The translations under genes and the position numbers were made by a program. A DNA stretch of 55,173 nt from a virus. Lineage: Duplodnaviria; Caudoviricetes. The notes beneath the pieces were generated by a model. That model was not told the DNA's origin. It saw only the letters and a program-made list of their open reading frames with translations, and made no database searches. Positions 1 to 10,758 of this stretch are shown piece by piece; the stretch's first letter is position 1; each line of letters starts with the position of its first letter. The DNA is taken from positions 1-55,173 of IMG/VR virus record IMGVR_UViG_3300006165_000006; one strand, given 5' to 3'.

Positions 1-3000
1 ACCTTGTGGGCTTTGTCCAATTGATATGTATGGATTTGCATTACCATTATCAGCATCAGCGTTTAATGCTATTACAGCATCTGAACCAGATGAACCAACG
101 TTAATTGTTTGGTCTGCATATACATCATCTGCAAATAATATATCAGTTGCTACTGAAGTAAACTCAGCTCCAAACGAATCCCAATAAGTAGTATAACTAC
201 CACCAGTTATAGGTTCAGAACCAGCATCTGATGTGTATGTACTTTTAGCTATATAATATGAACCATCACTTCCCTTTACAACATCTGTTCTTTGAGCGGT
301 TTTGAAATACTCAACACCAACTGCCCATTCACCTCTATATACTATACCAGCTCCGGGTAAACCAGGAGTACCATTTGCACCACCAGAACCAGCAGTTCCA
401 TTTGTTCCACCAGAACCAGCAGTTCCGTTTGTCCCACCACTACCAGCAGTTCCGTTTGTTCCACCAGTTCCAGCAGTTCCAGCAGTTCCAGCAGTTCCAG
501 AAGAACCAGCATCTGCGGCTAATTGCCAATACGATGTATAACTACCACCTGTTAGAGGTTCTGAGCCTGTTGTATTTTTTATGTGATTCGAAATACATAT
601 CCAAGTTCTACCAGCGTGCGTTACTATATCATTATCAACGAATTGGAAAGCTGCGGCTAACGAACTCCATAAACCTTGTAATGTACCCTCTCTCTGACCA
701 GCTGCGGTTTGTCTAAGTGCCCCTCTAATTGTTAAAGTATCACCATTCCATTCCAATGAATTATACTCACCATTATCAACTTCTGATTTTAATGAGAGTA
801 ATCCCAATGTTGAAGTCCCACTAGCACCACCGGCATTACTCATACCCATAAAGATACCATCTTGTTGGAATCCTTGTACTCCTTGTTGCCCTATTGCGAT
901 GTATGGTTCATCACTACCACCAGCTATTGCTATATTTGCGTTTGGACTTCCAACCGGTGGAATACCAACATTAATTGTGTTTTCTACAAATGATTCTTCG
1001 AAGATTGCTATCTTAGCAGCAACAAACATATCTTGCTGTCCTAAGTATTCCCAACCAAACGTATCGATATCACCTTGATTCTGAGTACCATTATAGATGG
1101 GTGCATCCGTATATCCATCTGGTGGTGTGTATGGTAATTTTAAGACCTTAGAAGCGGATATTGCATTAGTTGTACCAAAGTAATGAGTTTCTAAATCAGG
1201 ACCATTGGTATATTTATATACCACCGCATCTCTACGTTTTTGTTCTAAACTAAATAAGTAATCAATCGAACCAGTCCATTCTCCCCTCATAACAATACCA
1301 GGTCCAGTTGCCCCTTCGAATACAGTTGAAAGTGATTGTGATAAGAAATAAGTTGCTCTACCATTTTCAATATCAACCTTATAAACTAATGTAGCCGATT
1401 TATTATCTTGTGGTATGTTCCAACCAGTAATTGGGTCTATATTAGCAGGGTTTCCTGTTGGGACATTTGGTTGTGTTATAAATGTAGGTACATAATGTAA
1501 TGAAGCTGAGAATTCTCCTAAAGTACCAATTGGTTCTCCAATTAAATCCAATGTTTCCGATGAATATGTACTAACGTGTGTTAATTCAGTAGCTGCTTTA
1601 AATGCCCTTATCTGGGTTCCAGTTGTATCCAATGTAGTTGTACCATCAACCTCTACCCCAACACTTGGTGATGGGTTTGTTAACGATACTTGATAATTAT
1701 CAGCTCCAGCTTTGATACCTGCGATAGTTACCTCTGCGGATGCTACGACCGGAGAAGTAGCGTTACCATCTCTAATTTGAACCGACCAAGTTGCAGTTTC
1801 ACCAGGTGAAGTTGCATCACCCGAACCTACTTCAAACGTAGGGTCAGTTCCAACTAAACTATAAGCGAAACTATCTCTAAAGAATTGGTAATATGTTTGG
1901 GAACCAGTTACGTTAAATGGGGTTGCTTGTAAAAATATTGAACCGATTGGTGAGGTTACTACACCATCACCATCAAAGTTAACTACTTCAGTTGTTGTTG
2001 ATAAACTTACACTTCTTGCAGCAGTACCATCATTTGATTTTGAGAATACTTGCTTTTTATTATAAGTTTCAACTACACCAGCGACACCATTTGTTAATGA
2101 GTATGGGAATACAACAAAGTTGTAATCAACCGAACCACTACCACCTTCCAATTCACTAAAGTTTGTAAAGTGTACAGTCTCATCTCCGAAATCTAAATCA
2201 TATTGAGAGGATGCTGATATATCACCTATTACAATACCACTACCAGTTGCAGATACATTAAATGTACCAGGTAAACTACTTGTTTCATATGATAGGTATA
2301 GATTGCTTTGCTTAACAACTATATTAGTATTTGCCGTTGAGTAATCCGTTACAGTTCCGTTTTCATCAGCTTGTAAACTTACTACTGATGGTTCTATTAC
2401 AATTTCAACTGCATCTGAACCATCTACACCTTTAGTAATACGTTGTGTAATAGTTTGTGATTGAAACGATGATGTATAATATGGATATACTTTTAAGTTA
2501 TAATCAACACTAGCTACTAACGATGATGTCATATTATCAAAACCAGTAAGTGATAACGTAGTATTTGTAAAACTTTCAGTAGTATATTCTATATTTGTTG
2601 TACTGATTGATTCAGTATAGAATGTACCGGGCTTTTCACTACCAGTATAAATTAAATCCAACTTACCTTGTTTAGCAGTAATTGTTGTATCCAATGGAGT
2701 GTAACTATAAACTTCACCTTGTTGGTTTGAGTTTAAGTTTAAGGTAAGTGGGTCAACACTTACAACAACCGGCTCAATACCCAAACCATCCGGTACTACG
2801 AATATTGTTTTATCAACACTAATCGATTCTGATGTGAAATTCTCTACATAAGTAAAGTTGAATGTTAATTGCTTACTATCAATTGGTGTATAATACTCTA
2901 CCGAATCACCCGGTATACCACTTCCAATGATTTCGTTTTGTGCATTAGTTGCTGTTACAGTTATTCTACTATCGAATGCTCCGGTTTCAAAAAACATATA

Positions 3001-5541
3001 ATATTCAGGTAAAAGTGATTCATCAATAGACATCGATGGGAATACTTTTAACGTACCACTAATTGGCGATTCGTTTGTACCTCTTAAATAAAAGTTACCA
3101 GCTAAACTTGCAGTTTGTGGTGTGAATGTTGTATCTTCTTTTGGGTTGATGTTAAATTGTTCAACATCAAATGTTGTAAAACCAGCCCCTAATCCATCTT
3201 GTAAATCAGTTAGTAATAATGTTGTTAGAATATCCTCTTCAGTAGTACCATCCATTAAGTATAATGGTAATTGACCTGTAATTGATGTTCTATCGAATAC
3301 TGCGTTATAATCTAATTCACCACTACCAGTTGTACCAGCAGTTAACCCTTGAATGAATCCACTTGAAGATGCATCAGATAATAAAATATATTCCGAACCA
3401 CTTTGTACTTTTAATTTTGCATCAGAGAATCCATTTTGTGGTAAGTTATCTCTTAGTATGATTTCATTAACACCATCGATACGAATTGCTTGTACCTCTA
3501 ACGTACTCTCATCGTTATTTTTTATAATAGTACCTCTATAAGGTCTAATCTCAAAGTTTACACCACCCTTACCATCTTGGGTTCTTGTAATTACCACATC
3601 ATCCGATACACCTTCTACTTCACCAGTAAATCTAATGTATTGTACAGTGATATCATCTCTTGAACCAGTATAATCAGAAACAGTTAATGTTGGTGATAAC
3701 GTTTCTAATCCACTCATTAAACCAGGATACTGTCCACCTGCATATTGTGATGATAATAGTATATCACCAAATTCATCATATGCACCAGATGTATATGTAA
3801 TCGAACCAGTAACTAAAGTAGTTTCTACATCAAATGTAATTGTTGTAGGTGGTAATGGATTAGCTGGAGCTGATGCTGAATCAAATGAGAAATATAAATT
3901 GTTCGGTGTAAGTGTAATATCTTTATTAAAAAGATTTAAATTACCACCATTAAATGTTTTAGTATCCTCAACTAATATTGGAATGTAGTTGTTGTTTATA
4001 TCATAGAATTCAAACCTATAATCAAACGTTTCAGTTTGTAATGTTTTTGGAACTTGTTGGATGAACGTAATCTCATCAGGAGAAAACGATGTTTCTTGTG
4101 ATGCTTTTAAACTTACATTATTAACATACCAATCAACTCCATCAACTTCAAAATATAACTTTGCTTCATCAAAATCATCAGCAATTATATTTTCAGTAAA
4201 ATTTCGTTTTTGTAAAATAGCATTTGAAGATGGTATATTTACAATTGTTTGTGATTTTGGAGTTCCATTTAAAGAACCACTTAAAGTTACTTTTAGGAAA
4301 TCAGTTGGGGAAACACTACCCTTTTTTAAATTAAAATCTAATGTATATTCTACACCACTCTGAATTGGAAATGATTGTTTCGTAAGAAAGTGGTTTCCTT
4401 CAGTTGAGTTTAATTTAGCTGAGTTGTATAGGAACCCAGTGTTTAGTTCTACTGAAATATCATTAGATGATGTCATCCAATATTGTGTTAGTACATCTTG
4501 CGTAAATGTACCATAACTAATTTCATTAGCTTTAGTAGTTTCTATATCTCTAAGTAACTCATTTGATTCCAATTGAATCTCTTGTACGAACTCATAATCC
4601 GTTAGATTTGATTGAGAACGTCTATATACTTTTACTCTAGCAGCATCACCAACTGCCGTTTTCATATCAGTAATTGCAATCTTAGCAAATGAACCAGTAA
4701 GTGCGGTTGCTAAATCAGTTACACCTTCTATGTAATTAAATGATGATACATAACTTTCATCTGAAAATGGTGCCACAATTCCATTAGGTGCGTATGGTGG
4801 TGAAACAATTACTTCAGTTTCACTTACAACATCTAAAACAATTGGATTATAATCGATATCATCAAATGAAATACGATTACCATCAATTGAACCAGTCCAA
4901 TTAGAACCATTAGTAACGTTTAATCTATATGATGTTGGTAGAGAGAATTCACTTAATGAAGTACCAGCGGTTGGTGCTAATGGAATACCATTAACATTAC
5001 CAATCTGAGTTATTAAGTTTGCGTTATTATTAAATATTGGTTTGTTAATCTCACCAATATTAACTTTAGGTCTTTTAAAGAATCTAACTCTATCCTCATT
5101 GGCAAGTATCTTATTGATTTGAAAATCATTTTCCCACTTAACATTATAATTACCTTTCCATTGGTCTGGTACATCTCTTATAACACCATTATCATCATAT
5201 TGTTTAAGTTCACCTAAAACAGTAATTTTACCCAATCCAATTGGTGTATCGTTATATATGTAAACAGCTATTAAAGATGATATACCTTCATAATATTCCG
5301 GAACACCTTTTGCTGGTTCATAGTAAATAGGATTACCTTCAACATCTAAAATCTCTATCTTAATTTCAGTTGTTTCTTTCAGATACTGAGACCCTTCTAT
5401 AAGAAATCCGTTTTTTCCACCTGTAAAGGTATCATTAAATTCAGTTATTCTAAAATAATCAGAATTCGGGTTATCATCAATTACGAATGTTTGAAATGAT
5501 GATAAGTTTTGTTCAGGTGAGTACTTTTTAATTCTTGCCAT
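1..5541 (-). CDS. Large tail fibre / virion structural protein (partial, runs off the left edge, >=1847 aa)
   Basis: ATG at 5541 (MARIKKYSPEQNLSSFQTFVIDD...). Frame is open wherever I sampled it (not every codon checked). S/T/G/V-rich beta-type repeats and a collagen-like GTA/GTN/GSG stretch. Absent from the ORF track because the stop lies outside the window. Confidence 0.75.
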   Translation of the reverse strand, partial: MARIKKYSPEQNLSSFQTFVIDDNPNSDYFRITEFNDTFTGGKNGFLIEGSQYLKETTEIKIEILDVEGNPIYYEPAKGVPEYYEGISSLIAVYIYNDTPIGLGKITVLGELKQYDDNGVIRDVPDQWKGNYNVKWENDFQINKILANEDRVRFFKRPKVNIGEINKPIFNNNANLITQIGNVNGIPLAPTAGTSLSEFSLPTSYRLNVTNGSNWTGSIDGNRISFDDIDYNPIVLDVVSETEVIVSPPYAPNGIVAPFSDESYVSSFNYIEGVTDLATALTGSFAKIAITDMKTAVGDAARVKVYRRSQSNLTDYEFVQEIQLESNELLRDIETTKANEISYGTFTQDVLTQYWMTSSNDISVELNTGFLYNSAKLNSTEGNHFLTKQSFPIQSGVEYTLDFNLKKGSVSPTDFLKVTLSGSLNGTPKSQTIVNIPSSNAILQKRNFTENIIADDFDEAKLYFEVDGVDWYVNNVSLKASQETSFSPDEITFIQQVPKTLQTETFDYRFEFYDINNNYIPILVEDTKTFNGGNLNLFNKDITLTPNNLYFSFDSASAPANPLPPTTITFDVETTLVTGSITYTSGAYDEFGDILLSSQYAGGQYPGLMSGLETLSPTLTVSDYTGSRDDITVQYIRFTGEVEGVSDDVVITRTQDGKGGVNFEIRPYRGTIIKNNDESTLEVQAIRIDGVNEIILRDNLPQNGFSDAKLKVQSGSEYILLSDASSSGFIQGLTAGTTGSGELDYNAVFDRTSITGQLPLYLMDGTTEEDILTTLLLTDLQDGLGAGFTTFDVEQFNINPKEDTTFTPQTASLAGNFYLRGTNESPISGTLKVFPSMSIDESLLPEYYMFFETGAFDSRITVTATNAQNEIIGSGIPGDSVEYYTPIDSKQLTFNFTYVENFTSESISVDKTIFVVPDGLGIEPVVVSVDPLTLNLNSNQQGEVYSYTPLDTTITAKQGKLDLIYTGSEKPGTFYTESISTTNIEYTTESFTNTTLSLTGFDNMTSSLVASVDYNLKVYPYYTSSFQSQTITQRITKGVDGSDAVEIVIEPSVVSLQADENGTVTDYSTANTNIVVKQSNLYLSYETSSLPGTFNVSATGSGIVIGDISASSQYDLDFGDETVHFTNFSELEGGSGSVDYNFVVFPYSLTNGVAGVVETYNKKQVFSKSNDGTAARSVSLSTTTEVVNFDGDGVVTSPIGSIFLQATPFNVTGSQTYYQFFRDSFAYSLVGTDPTFEVGSGDATSPGETATWSVQIRDGNATSPVVASAEVTIAGIKAGADNYQVSLTNPSPSVGVEVDGTTTLDTTGTQIRAFKAATELTHVSTYSSETLDLIGEPIGTLGEFSASLHYVPTFITQPNVPTGNPANIDPITGWNIPQDNKSATLVYKVDIENGRATYFLSQSLSTVFEGATGPGIVMRGEWTGSIDYLFSLEQKRRDAVVYKYTNGPDLETHYFGTTNAISASKVLKLPYTPPDGYTDAPIYNGTQNQGDIDTFGWEYLGQQDMFVAAKIAIFEESFVENTINVGIPPVGSPNANIAIAGGSDEPYIAIGQQGVQGFQQDGIFMGMSNAGGASGTSTLGLLSLKSEVDNGEYNSLEWNGDTLTIRGALRQTAAGQREGTLQGLWSSLAAAFQFVDNDIVTHAGRTWICISNHIKNTTGSEPLTGGSYTSYWQLAADAGSSGTAGTAGTAGTGGTNGTAGSGGTNGTAGSGGTNGTAGSGGANGTPGLPGAGIVYRGEWAVGVEYFKTAQRTDVVKGSDGSYYIAKSTYTSDAGSEPITGGSYTTYWDSFGAEFTSVATDILFADDVYADQTINVGSSGSDAVIALNADADNGNANPYISIGQSPQG
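355..510 (-). repeat. Collagen-like Gly-X-Y coding repeat (GSSGTAGTAGTAGTGGTNGTAGSGGTNGTAGSGG...)
   Basis: 9-bp and 27-bp periodic repeats (ccagcagtt) in frame with the large minus-strand ORF. Confidence 0.85.
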
Positions 5542-5570
5542 TTACCAATTGCCTATTAGTGTTTCTCACT

Positions 5571-5578
5571 ATAAATAT
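5571..5578 (-). promoter_or_regulatory. Putative phage late promoter motif ATATTTAT
   Basis: Same 8-mer lies upstream of minus-strand genes at 11713, 12583, 14520, 20480, 27005, 29551, 34894, 40459, 43216 and 49361. Confidence 0.6.
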
Positions 5579-5605
5579 TCCACTTTTTAGAATATGGATA
5601 CTTAT

Positions 5606-5635
5606 ACTAAAGAAAACTAAAGAAAACTAAAGAAA
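5606..5635 (+). repeat. Three perfect 10-bp direct repeats ACTAAAGAAA
   Basis: Read directly; they abut the ATG at 5635. Confidence 0.9.
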
Positions 5636-5802
5636 TGGATAAAAAGTATGCAATGTTACAAATTGATAAAGAAGTACATCAATTATTAAAGTCTTTTTGT
5701 AAGGATAAGGGGTATAAGATGAATGGGTTAGTAGAAAGTTTGATTAAAGAAAAAGTATCCCCTAACCAAACTCTACCAACTAATGTTTTAAGGTCTAAGT
5801 AA
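5635..5802 (+). CDS. Small ribbon-helix-helix-like DNA-binding protein (55 aa)
   Basis: MDKKYAMLQIDKEVHQLLKSFCKDKGYKMNGLVESLIKEKV...: strand, helix, G turn, helix pattern; below ORF track cutoff. Confidence 0.6.
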   Translation: MDKKYAMLQIDKEVHQLLKSFCKDKGYKMNGLVESLIKEKVSPNQTLPTNVLRSK

Positions 5803-6628
5803 CTGCTCTACCTTTCATTTGTTCCCAATCTCTATTCTTTCTTACTTCGTTGTTTTTAACATCAGTTGCTGCTAACATAAGTGGAATGATATCCATATCT
5901 TCTGCTACTACCATTAATGCTTTAACATCTTTTGGAAAACAATGTCCTCCATATCCAAAATCTCCATCTGGACCTGGAACATTCCAATGGGAATCTCCCA
6001 ATCTCTCATCTTGAGTTGCATATTCAATTACTTTATCGTAATCAACATCCAATCCTTCACATATCTGATACATTTCATTTGCAAACGATACCTTTGTTGC
6101 TAAGAATGAGTTAGTTAAATACTTAACCATCTCAGCATGAGTAGAATCCGTTTTAATGATATGAGCTTTTGGAAATACTTTTGAGAATATTTGCTTTATC
6201 TCAGTAGTTGTTGGTCTTGGTCCTCCTAATATAATCCTTTTTTGATTTTCGTAATCATCAACAGCATTTCGTTCAGTAAGAAATTCGGGATTGAATACAA
6301 TGTTTAAGTTTTTGTATTGTCTATTCCATCGTTCAGTTGTACCAGGAGATACAGTTGATTTGATTACAATAGTTTTCTTTCTATCATAACGAGCGCTTTG
6401 TGAGTTTAATCCTACCAACTCTAATTCTACAATGGATACGTTACATCTACCACCCTCATCCATTGGTGTTGGTAAGCAAATGAATATAGTTTCACATTCT
6501 CTGGATAGTTTTCTGAATGTAGAGTTACATTTTGAGTCATCTAAATCATAAGTAAGTACATCGTAGTAATTTTTAAACTTTTGATAAACTGCATTACCAA
6601 CAAACCCCTGTCCTATAATTCCTATCAT
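5795..6628 (-). CDS. UDP-glucose/GDP-mannose dehydrogenase family protein (no C-terminal domain)
   Basis: GQGFVG Rossmann motif, IKST, FNPEFL, GYGGHCFPKD with catalytic Cys. Confidence 0.9.
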   Translation of the reverse strand: MIGIIGQGFVGNAVYQKFKNYYDVLTYDLDDSKCNSTFRKLSRECETIFICLPTPMDEGGRCNVSIVELELVGLNSQSARYDRKKTIVIKSTVSPGTTERWNRQYKNLNIVFNPEFLTERNAVDDYENQKRIILGGPRPTTTEIKQIFSKVFPKAHIIKTDSTHAEMVKYLTNSFLATKVSFANEMYQICEGLDVDYDKVIEYATQDERLGDSHWNVPGPDGDFGYGGHCFPKDVKALMVVAEDMDIIPLMLAATDVKNNEVRKNRDWEQMKGRAVT

Positions 6629-6631
6629 AAT

Positions 6632-9600
6632 TTAGTATTTAATATTACTGAATCCATTTACTTTTTTGATTTCCATTAGAGTATCAACTACATCTCGCAT
6701 TGAATCAATATGCGATATAATCATCACAAATTCAAATTGAGTTTTAAGATAAGCAAACAACATATATAATGATGTAAGATTTTCACTATCCAATGTTCCG
6801 AACCCTTCATCTACTACTAAGAAGTTTGGACGAGGGAGGTTACATACGTTGATTAGAGCGATTCTAATTGCTAATCCACTAATGAACCTTTCCATACCAC
6901 TACACATCTCTAAACTCCACTTCTGGTCATCGTAAACGATGTTTGCATTAATGTTCTTACCATCCATTTCTAATTGCAATCCAAACTCTACTATTTGTCC
7001 TAAGATGTTATTAACTTCACCTTCAATCATTGGTAGTGCTTTAGAAATCAATTCATATGATACACCATCTTTACCCAATGCATTTAGGTAATATTCATAT
7101 AATGTGAATTGGTCTTCCAATTCCCTAACTTCACTTATCCTAGCTTCTATTGTTTGTTTCTGATTCTTTAATGATGAAACTTCTCCGTTTAAAATTAATA
7201 TATCAGTTTCACTATTCTTTAGTAGTTGTTTAGATTTTCCCAAAGAATGTCTTACATCTACTATCTCATCTCTGAGTATAGTATTCTTTTTAATTTGCTT
7301 TTCATTATTTAAATAATCTGCAATTAGTTGTGTAACTTGATAAACTTCATTCTCTAACTTAACTTCTTGAGTTTCAAATGTTGATAACTTGTTAATAAGT
7401 GTGTTAACATCTTTTTCAGCTTTTACCTCCTTACTCTTTAGTTTGATAAGTTCATTATGTAAATCTTCGTATTTTTTACGAGTATCAATGGCAAGAAGAA
7501 GTCTATCTCTATCTTCCATTTTAGATTTACGTTCTATATCTAATATAGCTAAATCAGCCTCAGCTTTAACTTTAGCATCTATGATTGTTTCAGAATTCTC
7601 TAAACAAATATCACAATCTTTATTATACTTATGTGATTCTAAATGTACTAATTTATCATTTAAAGATTCATATCGTATTTCAAATTTCTCCAAGTCATTA
7701 TTTACATCCCTAATATCACTTGAATATTTTTTATATAAATCATATTCTTTAGTAATCTCATCTTCATCAAATGAATCAATCTCTTCCTCTAATTGTATAT
7801 GAGTTTCTTCTAATGTTTGTATTTTAGATTGATTTGTATCTCTTTGAGATATTAGTTGTATTAAAGAATTTTGAGCTTTTAATTTATTAGCTTCCAATTC
7901 TTCTAATGAATAATTATCAGATTTTACCTTTACTATCTTTTCATTTAAAGATATCAATTTCTGATTAAGTACTTCTACTTTATCTTTAACAGTTGTTAGA
8001 TTAACATCTTCTAATTTATATTCTGCTTCTTTAGCTTTTAACCCAATTTCGATATCGGCCAATTTCTGAGTGAAATCATCTTGCTTAAACTTACGAATTA
8101 GGGAAGCGTTATCTCTATTCTCATCCGATGCAAATGTATATAGTTTATCAAATACATCTACTCCCATAAACTGAGCAAGTATTTCTTTTCGTTCTGATTG
8201 AGATTTATCAATGAATAATGAGTTGTTTCCTTGTAACGATAGAGTAGTAAGAACAAAATCATCATAGGTTCCCAAATATTGTTGAATATTTGTATTAGTT
8301 TCTCTCCTTTGCTCTCCGTTCAAAGAAGTGATACCACCCTCATCGTCTTTCCAAAAGGAAACATCGACTTTTAGGTTTCTACCCTTATTGATTAACTTTG
8401 CTCTTCTCTCTATATAATAATCAACACCTTCAATCTGAAAATGTAGTTTACAATAGAAGTTATCTTTTCTATTGTTTAATACGTTCTTTGCTACATAAGT
8501 TCTACTAGTCTTATCAAAAATACAAAATGAAATTGCATCGAATAGAGATGATTTACCACTTGCGTTTGGCGCAAAGATACCAACCATCCCCTTTACACTA
8601 TCAAATTCTATTTTATTATTCTCACCATATGAGAACATATTAGAAAATTCAAATGTCTTTGGTACCCATTGAATGTTTGGAGTAACATCATCATCTACTA
8701 ACTTTGAATTCATTTCTCTATTGATTTGTTTAATCTTATCAATAGTATCATCATCAGCAAGGTATTGTCTTTGTAAGTAATCTTTAATCAATTCATTTTG
8801 ATATTCAACATCTCTTACATTTCCAATTGCCAAACTATCATCAAAGTCACCAGTCTTTTGTTTAGATAATGTATCCATACGAGTAACAGTAAATTCCTCT
8901 ACTTTGTATTTCTTCTTTATCTCAGTTAGAGCTCTTTTGATTTGAGTTGGGTCTGTATTAGATACTCTAACTCTTAATCTTGGCTTAAGCGGCATATCAG
9001 TAACAGTGGGAACTATACCATTACGAACATCCAATGTATAGAATCCATAATCATTTGGAATATCAATTTCTTCAAAAGTTCTACTATCAACATCCCATAA
9101 TAAATAACCATGTTTATCTAATGCTTCTCCGTGGTTTTGCTGAATCATTGAACCAGCATATGCAATTGTTGATGAACCCAACGTTTGTCTTTTATGAATA
9201 TCACCCAACATCACCATATCAAATCCTTCAAACATATCAGTTGTGAATGAGTTTGATGATACAGTATAACCAATATCAGTTTCTGCTAAGTTAACAGGTC
9301 CGTGAAATACACAAATAGTATTTTCCCCATCTACCAATTCTGCCTTTGGCCAGTTCTCTTTTTTATCGAGTATAGAATATACCACAAAAGTAAGATTACG
9401 GAAGGGATATATACCAGTATCTCTAAGATAGTGAATTCTTTCATTATTTAAGTTTTCTACGATTGGAGTAAGTACATCCAATCTATAATTGTTATTTAAG
9501 TTACAATCGTGATTACCAGTAATTAAGAATGTGTGCTTTCTGTTTGCACACTCAGTTAAGAACCAACTGATTTCTCTTATTAATTCAGGACTCATCTCAG

Positions 9601-9763
9601 TTTTGGCATGAGCAATATCACCAGCTAAATAGATAATAGCATTATCGATATTATCTCTATCTACGTTTTGTAAGAATTTTACGAATACCTCTCTGTATTC
9701 TACGTGTCTTTTTAAATTACGGATATGTAAATCCGCCAAATGGTAAATCTTTTCTACCTTCAT
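6632..9763 (-). CDS. Fused Mre11/SbcD nuclease and Rad50/SbcC ATPase (T4 gp47-gp46-like)
   Basis: DLH, GD, GNHD, GDIH phosphoesterase motifs; Walker A APNASGKS; coiled coil with CDIC zinc hook; SGMER signature; Walker B VVDEGFGTLD; ISH switch. Confidence 0.92.
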   Translation of the reverse strand: MKVEKIYHLADLHIRNLKRHVEYREVFVKFLQNVDRDNIDNAIIYLAGDIAHAKTEMSPELIREISWFLTECANRKHTFLITGNHDCNLNNNYRLDVLTPIVENLNNERIHYLRDTGIYPFRNLTFVVYSILDKKENWPKAELVDGENTICVFHGPVNLAETDIGYTVSSNSFTTDMFEGFDMVMLGDIHKRQTLGSSTIAYAGSMIQQNHGEALDKHGYLLWDVDSRTFEEIDIPNDYGFYTLDVRNGIVPTVTDMPLKPRLRVRVSNTDPTQIKRALTEIKKKYKVEEFTVTRMDTLSKQKTGDFDDSLAIGNVRDVEYQNELIKDYLQRQYLADDDTIDKIKQINREMNSKLVDDDVTPNIQWVPKTFEFSNMFSYGENNKIEFDSVKGMVGIFAPNASGKSSLFDAISFCIFDKTSRTYVAKNVLNNRKDNFYCKLHFQIEGVDYYIERRAKLINKGRNLKVDVSFWKDDEGGITSLNGEQRRETNTNIQQYLGTYDDFVLTTLSLQGNNSLFIDKSQSERKEILAQFMGVDVFDKLYTFASDENRDNASLIRKFKQDDFTQKLADIEIGLKAKEAEYKLEDVNLTTVKDKVEVLNQKLISLNEKIVKVKSDNYSLEELEANKLKAQNSLIQLISQRDTNQSKIQTLEETHIQLEEEIDSFDEDEITKEYDLYKKYSSDIRDVNNDLEKFEIRYESLNDKLVHLESHKYNKDCDICLENSETIIDAKVKAEADLAILDIERKSKMEDRDRLLLAIDTRKKYEDLHNELIKLKSKEVKAEKDVNTLINKLSTFETQEVKLENEVYQVTQLIADYLNNEKQIKKNTILRDEIVDVRHSLGKSKQLLKNSETDILILNGEVSSLKNQKQTIEARISEVRELEDQFTLYEYYLNALGKDGVSYELISKALPMIEGEVNNILGQIVEFGLQLEMDGKNINANIVYDDQKWSLEMCSGMERFISGLAIRIALINVCNLPRPNFLVVDEGFGTLDSENLTSLYMLFAYLKTQFEFVMIISHIDSMRDVVDTLMEIKKVNGFSNIKY

Positions 9764-10698
9764 ATATTATTTAATTTAGATAGGATTAAATCATCCCAAC
9801 CACTTTCTTTGGTTTCTTTTAATAAATTATTTACTTTATCAAAACCCATATCACCAGCATCATCACCATCAGGTATAATGTTAGTTACCTTTATTCCATT
9901 TTGAATAAAGAATGTTGCATGCTTTGTTGAATCTTCAATTGCATCTGAATCTAAGAGTATTTTTATTTCCTTTACACCCTTTTCGAAAATCTTTGCTTTT
10001 AATGTTCTTGGTAAGAATTTACCTAAGATTGGTATTACATTTCTTTTTACTGAGAATGAATCAAATACCCCTTCTACTAATGTGATAGGTTCATTCCAAT
10101 TAATTTGATTATCAAATACAACCACATCCCTACTAACAGGTGGGTTTTTGTATTTAAATTTACTATCTTCATAATACGAACGTGCTACAAAGTAGTTTAA
10201 CTCACCTTCTTCACTATATGATGGAATTATAGTTCTACCACCATAAATACCTTCCCCACAATAGCCAATGTTATGTTTTAGCATTTCATCCATTGTAATA
10301 CCTCTTTTATAAAGATAGGTCAATGCTTGATTATATGCAAAATCTAAAGATTTGGGTTTTATATGAAGTGGCTTAAATTCAGATGGAAGTTTAAGTTGTA
10401 CCTTTTCAACATCCTTATCATTCTTAGATGGTGTGTACTCTCCATAGATAGAAATGATTTTTGATAAATCGCCCCTATCTACGTTTAACTTTCTTAAAAG
10501 AGATTGGATAGCTCTTCCTTTGGAATCACATACCCAACAATGCCAATATTGAGTTTCTAAATTTATTTGTAGTTTCTTTTTATGATGATGACAAAAAGGG
10601 CAGTGATGTGCCTGTTCATTTCCCTTCATAGAAGAACCTACACCTAATGTAGAATCTAATACATTTATAACAACTAATTTATTTCTTGCGGAGAGCAT
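9760..10698 (-). CDS. DNA primase (Zn finger plus TOPRIM)
   Basis: CPFC...HCWVC, KYKNP, VEGVFD, LDSD. Confidence 0.88.
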   Translation of the reverse strand: MLSARNKLVVINVLDSTLGVGSSMKGNEQAHHCPFCHHHKKKLQINLETQYWHCWVCDSKGRAIQSLLRKLNVDRGDLSKIISIYGEYTPSKNDKDVEKVQLKLPSEFKPLHIKPKSLDFAYNQALTYLYKRGITMDEMLKHNIGYCGEGIYGGRTIIPSYSEEGELNYFVARSYYEDSKFKYKNPPVSRDVVVFDNQINWNEPITLVEGVFDSFSVKRNVIPILGKFLPRTLKAKIFEKGVKEIKILLDSDAIEDSTKHATFFIQNGIKVTNIIPDGDDAGDMGFDKVNNLLKETKESGWDDLILSKLNNI

Positions 10699-10714
10699 TA
10701 AATTATATTTTTTG

Positions 10715-10746
10715 TAAATATACGAAATTTATTTGGATTTACCAAA
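10715..10746 (-). promoter_or_regulatory. Bacteroidota sigma70-type promoter for the primase operon
   Basis: TTTG-N20-TATATTTA on the minus strand. Confidence 0.65.
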
Positions 10747-10758
10747 TCATCTAATCAT

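Noticed and set aside
302-4363. Plus-strand ORFs 302..541, 375..716, 3353..3541 and 4061..4363
   Set aside because: Antisense shadows of the large minus-strand fibre ORF and its repeats
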